A stretch of DNA of 64,000 bases from the NCBI RefSeq assembly GCF_009914755.1, contig NC_060930.1; one strand, written 5' to 3'. Below the pieces are notes generated by a model. That model did not search any database and had not been told where the DNA came from. It saw nothing but the letters and a program-made list of their open reading frames with translations. Below, piece after piece: positions 60,518 to 64,000 of this stretch (position 1 is the first letter of the stretch; every line of letters begins with the position of its first letter). The position numbers and the translations under genes were made by a program. The DNA is from the human T2T-CHM13v2.0 reference genome, Homo sapiens.

Positions 60518-60902
60518 GCTCGCGCCCAGCGCTCTCCAGCCGGGGTGGCGGCGGCGGTGGCGGTGGCGGCGGCAGCGGCGGCAGCGGCGGGGGAGGGGTG
60601 CGGCAGGGGAGGGGAGGAGGCCTGGCCCCGCGGTCGCAGCCGCCACCGCCCGCCCCGACCTCCCGGACCGCCGCGGGGCCACGGGCCGGCGCCCCGGATT
60701 CGCACTCCGTATTAGCCACGGCTGGGCCGCGCGTATATTTGCCTTCCCTCCATGATCTCCAACACTATCCGATAAAGTAGAAGCAACTGAGGTACCGTGA
60801 AAGAGAAAGGAGCTGGAACTGAGAAAAAGCAGAGAAACTGAAAGGCCAACGTGGGAGACAAAGAAGAGCCTGAAAGAGCCAAATCTTACCTTCTGGACCA
60901 TG
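60518..60902 (+). pseudogene. 5'-transduced host mRNA leader (CpG-island 5'UTR exon(s) ending in ATG); donor gene not identified
   Basis: Lies inside the TSDs; neither SVA nor L1; GGC-rich and CpG-dense; ends ...GGACCATG at the SVA acceptor. Confidence 0.75.
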
Positions 60903-61120
60903 ACGGGGTTTCGCTGTGTTGGCCGGGCTGGTCTCCAGCTCCTGACCGCGAGTGATCCGCCAGCCTCGGCCTCCCGAGGTGCTGGGATTGCAGACGGAGT
61001 CTCGTTCACTCAGTGCTCAATGGTGCCCAGGCTGGAGTGCAGTGGCATGATCTCGGCTCGCTACAACCTCCACCTCCCAGCCGCCTGCCTTGGCCTCCCA
61101 AAGTGCCGAGATTGCAGCCT

Positions 61121-61880
61121 CTGCCCGGCCGCCACCCCGTCTGGGAAGTGAGGAGCGTCTCCGCCTGACCGCCCATCGTCTGGGATGTGAGGAGCCCCTC
61201 TGCCTGGCTGCCCAGTCTGGAAAGTGAGGAGCGTCTCTGCCCGGCCGCCATCCCATCTAGGAAGTGAGGAGCGCCTCTTCCCAGCCGCCATCACATCTGG
61301 GAAGTGAGGAGCATCTCTGCCCAGCCGCCCATCGTCTGAGATGTGGGGAGCACCTCTGCCCTGCCGCCCCGTCCGGGATGTGAGGAGCGTCTCTGCCCGG
61401 CCGCCCCGTCTGAGAAGTGAGGAGACCCTCTGCCCGGCAACCGCCCCGTCTGAGAAGTGAGGAGCCCCTCCGCCCAGCAGCCGCCCTGTCTGAGAAGTGA
61501 GGAGCCCCTCCGCCCAGCAGCCACCCCATCTGGGAAGTGAGGAGCGTCTCCACCTGGCAGCCACCTCGTCCGGGAGGGAGGTGGGGGGGTCAGCCCCCCG
61601 CCCGGCCAGCCACCCCATCCGGCAGGTGAGGGGTGCCTCTGCCTGGCCGCCCCTACTGGGAAGTGAGGAGCCCCTCTGCCCGGCCAGCCACCCCGTCCGG
61701 GAGGGAGGTGGGGGGGTCAGCCCCCCGCCCGGCCAGCTGCCCCGTCCGGGAGGGAGGTGGGGGGGTCAGCCCCCCACCCAGCCAGCCGCCCCATCCGGGA
61801 AGTGAGGGGCGCCTCTGCCCGGCCGCCCCTACTGGGAAGTGAGGAACCCCTCTGCCCGGCCACCACCCCGTCTGGGAGGT
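61121..61880 (+). repeat. SVA VNTR (~35-50-bp GC-rich units)
   Basis: Repeated ctctgcccggccgccccgtctgagaagtgaggag units. Confidence 0.95.
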
Positions 61881-64000
61881 GTACCCAACAGCTCATTGAG
61901 AACGGGCCATGATGACAATGGCAGTTTTGTGGAATAGAAAGGGGGGAAAGGTGGGGAAAAGATTGAGAAATCGGATGGTTGCCGTGTCTGTGTAGAAAGA
62001 GGTAGACATGGGAGACTTTTCATTTTGTTCTGTACTAAGAAAAATTCTTCTGCCTTGGGATCCTGTTGATCGGTGACCTTACCCCCAACCCCGTGCTCTC
62101 TGAAACATGTGCTGTATCCTCTCAGGGTTGAATGGATTAAGGGCGGTACAAGATGTGCTTTGTTAAACAGATGCTTGAAGGCAGCATGCTCCTTAAGAGT
62201 CATCACCACTCCCTAATCTCAAGTACCCAGGGACACAAACACTGTGGAAGGCCGCAGGGTCCTCTGCCTAGGAAAACCAGAGACCTTTGTTCACTTGTTT
62301 ATCTGCTGACCTTCCCTCCACTATTGTCCTGTGACCCTGCCAAATCCCCCTCTGCGAGAAACACCCAAGAATGATCAATAAAAAAAAAAAAAAAAAAAAC
62401 AAAACAATATTAAGTCTTCCAATTAATAAATGTGGAATATATTTCAATTTATTTATGTTTTCTTAAATTTGTCTTTCAGTAATATTTTGTAGTTTTCATT
62501 GAAGAAGCCTTTTGTCTCCTTGGTTAAGTCCTAAGTATTTTTTTTCTTTCCAGTGCTACTGTCAATTGAATTGCTTTCATAATTTTGTTTTCAGATTGCT
62601 TATTATTAGTGTCTAAAAATGTTAACTAGATTTTGTGTGTTAACTTTGTATGCTGCTACTTAGGTAATTTCATTTATTAGTTATTGCAGGGGTTTTTTGG
62701 TGAAATTTTGGGGTTTTCTAGATGTAAGATCATATTACCTGTGAACAGAGATCATTTCAGTTCTTCTTTTACAACATGGATGCCTTTTCTTTTTTTTTTT
62801 TTTTTTTTTTTTTTTGGTATAATTGCCCTGACTAGGATTTTCAGCACTATGTTGAATAGAAGAGGGGTGAGTGGCATCTTGCCTTCTTCCTGATTTTGGA
62901 AAAAAAGCTTTCAGTCTTTCACGACTGAATATGTTTGTTGTGTGCTTTCCACATAAGGCTTTTATTACGTTGAGCTAGTTTCCTTCTATTCCAGTTTATT
63001 GAGTGTTTTTTTTTTTATCATTAAGGGGTGTTGAATTTTGTCAAATGCTTTTTCTGTATCATTTGAGATAATCACGTGATTTTCTTCCCTTTCATTCTGT
63101 TAATGTAGTGTATTACATTGATTACTTTTTGTATGTTGAACCACTGTTGCATTCCGGGAATAAATACCCTTTGGTCATGGTCTATAATATTTTTAACATA
63201 ACATTGAGTTTGGTTTGCTAGTATTTTGTTGAGGATTTTTGAATCAATGTTGATAAGGGATATTGTTATGTAGTTTTCTTTTCTTGTAGTGTATTTGTGT
63301 CACTTTGGTATCAGTGTAATGGTAGCATCATAGAATGAATTACGAAGTATTCTTTCCCCTTCCCTTCTTTGAAAAGTTTGAGAAGGACCGGTATTAGTTC
63401 CTTAAATGTTTGACAGAAATCACAGTGAAACCATCTGGTCCAAGGCTTTTGCTTTCTGGGATATTTTTAGTTACTGGTTGAATCTCCTTACTAGCTACAG
63501 GTCTATTCAGACATTCTATTTCTTCATGATTTTGTCTTGGTAGGTTATATATTTCTAGGAATTTACCCATTTTATCTAGGATATTCAATTTTTTGGCATT
63601 CAATTATTCATAGTACCCTCTTATAATCCTTTTTTATTTCTATAGTCAGTAGTAATGTCTCCATTTTTATTTCTTATTTTAGTATTTTGAGTCTTCTCTT
63701 TTGTTATTAGTCCATCTAGCAAAGTTTTGTAAATTTTTGTTGATCTTTTCAAAGAGTTAACTTTTGTTTTCATTAATTTTCTCTATTGTCTCTAGTATAT
63801 ATTTTGTCTATCTTTAATCTTTTTATTCTCTTTCTTCTGCTATCTTTGGGTTTAATTTGTTCTTATTTTTCCAGTTCCTTAACTTGTAAAATTAGGTTGT
63901 TGATTTGAGATCGTTCTTGCTTTTTAATGTTCCCTTTGGCCATTGCTTTCACTGGTCACATAGGTTTTGGTGGGTTGTATTTTCATTTTCATTCATCTTT

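Larger units (their letters stand above)
60518..62402 (+). mobile_element. Non-canonical SVA (SVA_D-like) with a captured 5' cellular sequence
   Basis: Alu-like domain 60903-~61120, VNTR ~61121-61880, SINE-R ~61881-62380, AATAAA 62377-62382 and poly-A; TSD AACAATATTAAG at 60506-60517 and 62403-62414; no CCCTCT hexamer. Confidence 0.95.
58870..64000 (-). mobile_element. L1MB-like element (3'UTR and ORF2), split by the SVA and running off the window
   Basis: ORF2 peptides in the ORF track ([49 protein letters not shown]); L1 sequence resumes collinearly at 62415. Confidence 0.9.

Noticed and set aside
60518-60902. SVA_F1 (MAST2 exon 1) assignment
   Set aside because: The junction is at a more 5' acceptor, the F1 junction site is intact, the leader does not match the MAST2 exon 1 sequence I recall, and the SINE-R looks SVA_D-like.
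60319-61009. Antisense ORFs (128 and 188 aa) with poly-Ala tracts or fused to L1 ORF2 peptide
   Set aside because: By-products of stop-poor GC-rich sequence running into a decayed L1 frame; no independent gene signals.
61121-61880. CRISPR-like repeat array
   Set aside because: Tandem VNTR without unique spacers, in a eukaryotic SVA context.
61006-62374. ORF cluster in the VNTR and SINE-R
   Set aside because: Typical spurious SVA repeat ORFs.

Overview
This is primate, almost certainly human, non-coding DNA: it contains a human-specific-type AluYb8. I find no credible protein-coding exon, tRNA, rRNA or CRISPR array. The supplied ORFs are repeat-derived or random. Much of the window is interspersed repeats: Alu, L1M, L2/MIR, MaLR, ERV solo LTRs (MER52, MER34, LTR2B, MLT2A, MER74, LTR7) and Tigger/MADE1/MER33 DNA transposons. 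AT-rich unique stretches lie between them. The standout is a non-canonical SVA (SVA_D-like, 60518-62402) inserted with a 12-bp TSD into an old L1. Its CCCTCT hexamer head is replaced by 385 bp that look like a cellular gene's CpG-island 5'UTR. That segment has a uORF and ends in ACCATG, joined exactly at an SVA Alu-like splice acceptor. This looks like an exon-trapped host-mRNA/SVA chimera that was retrotransposed, and its junction differs from that of MAST2-SVA_F1. I could not identify the donor gene. Repeat family names are from memory of consensus sequences, and boundaries of old repeats are approximate.
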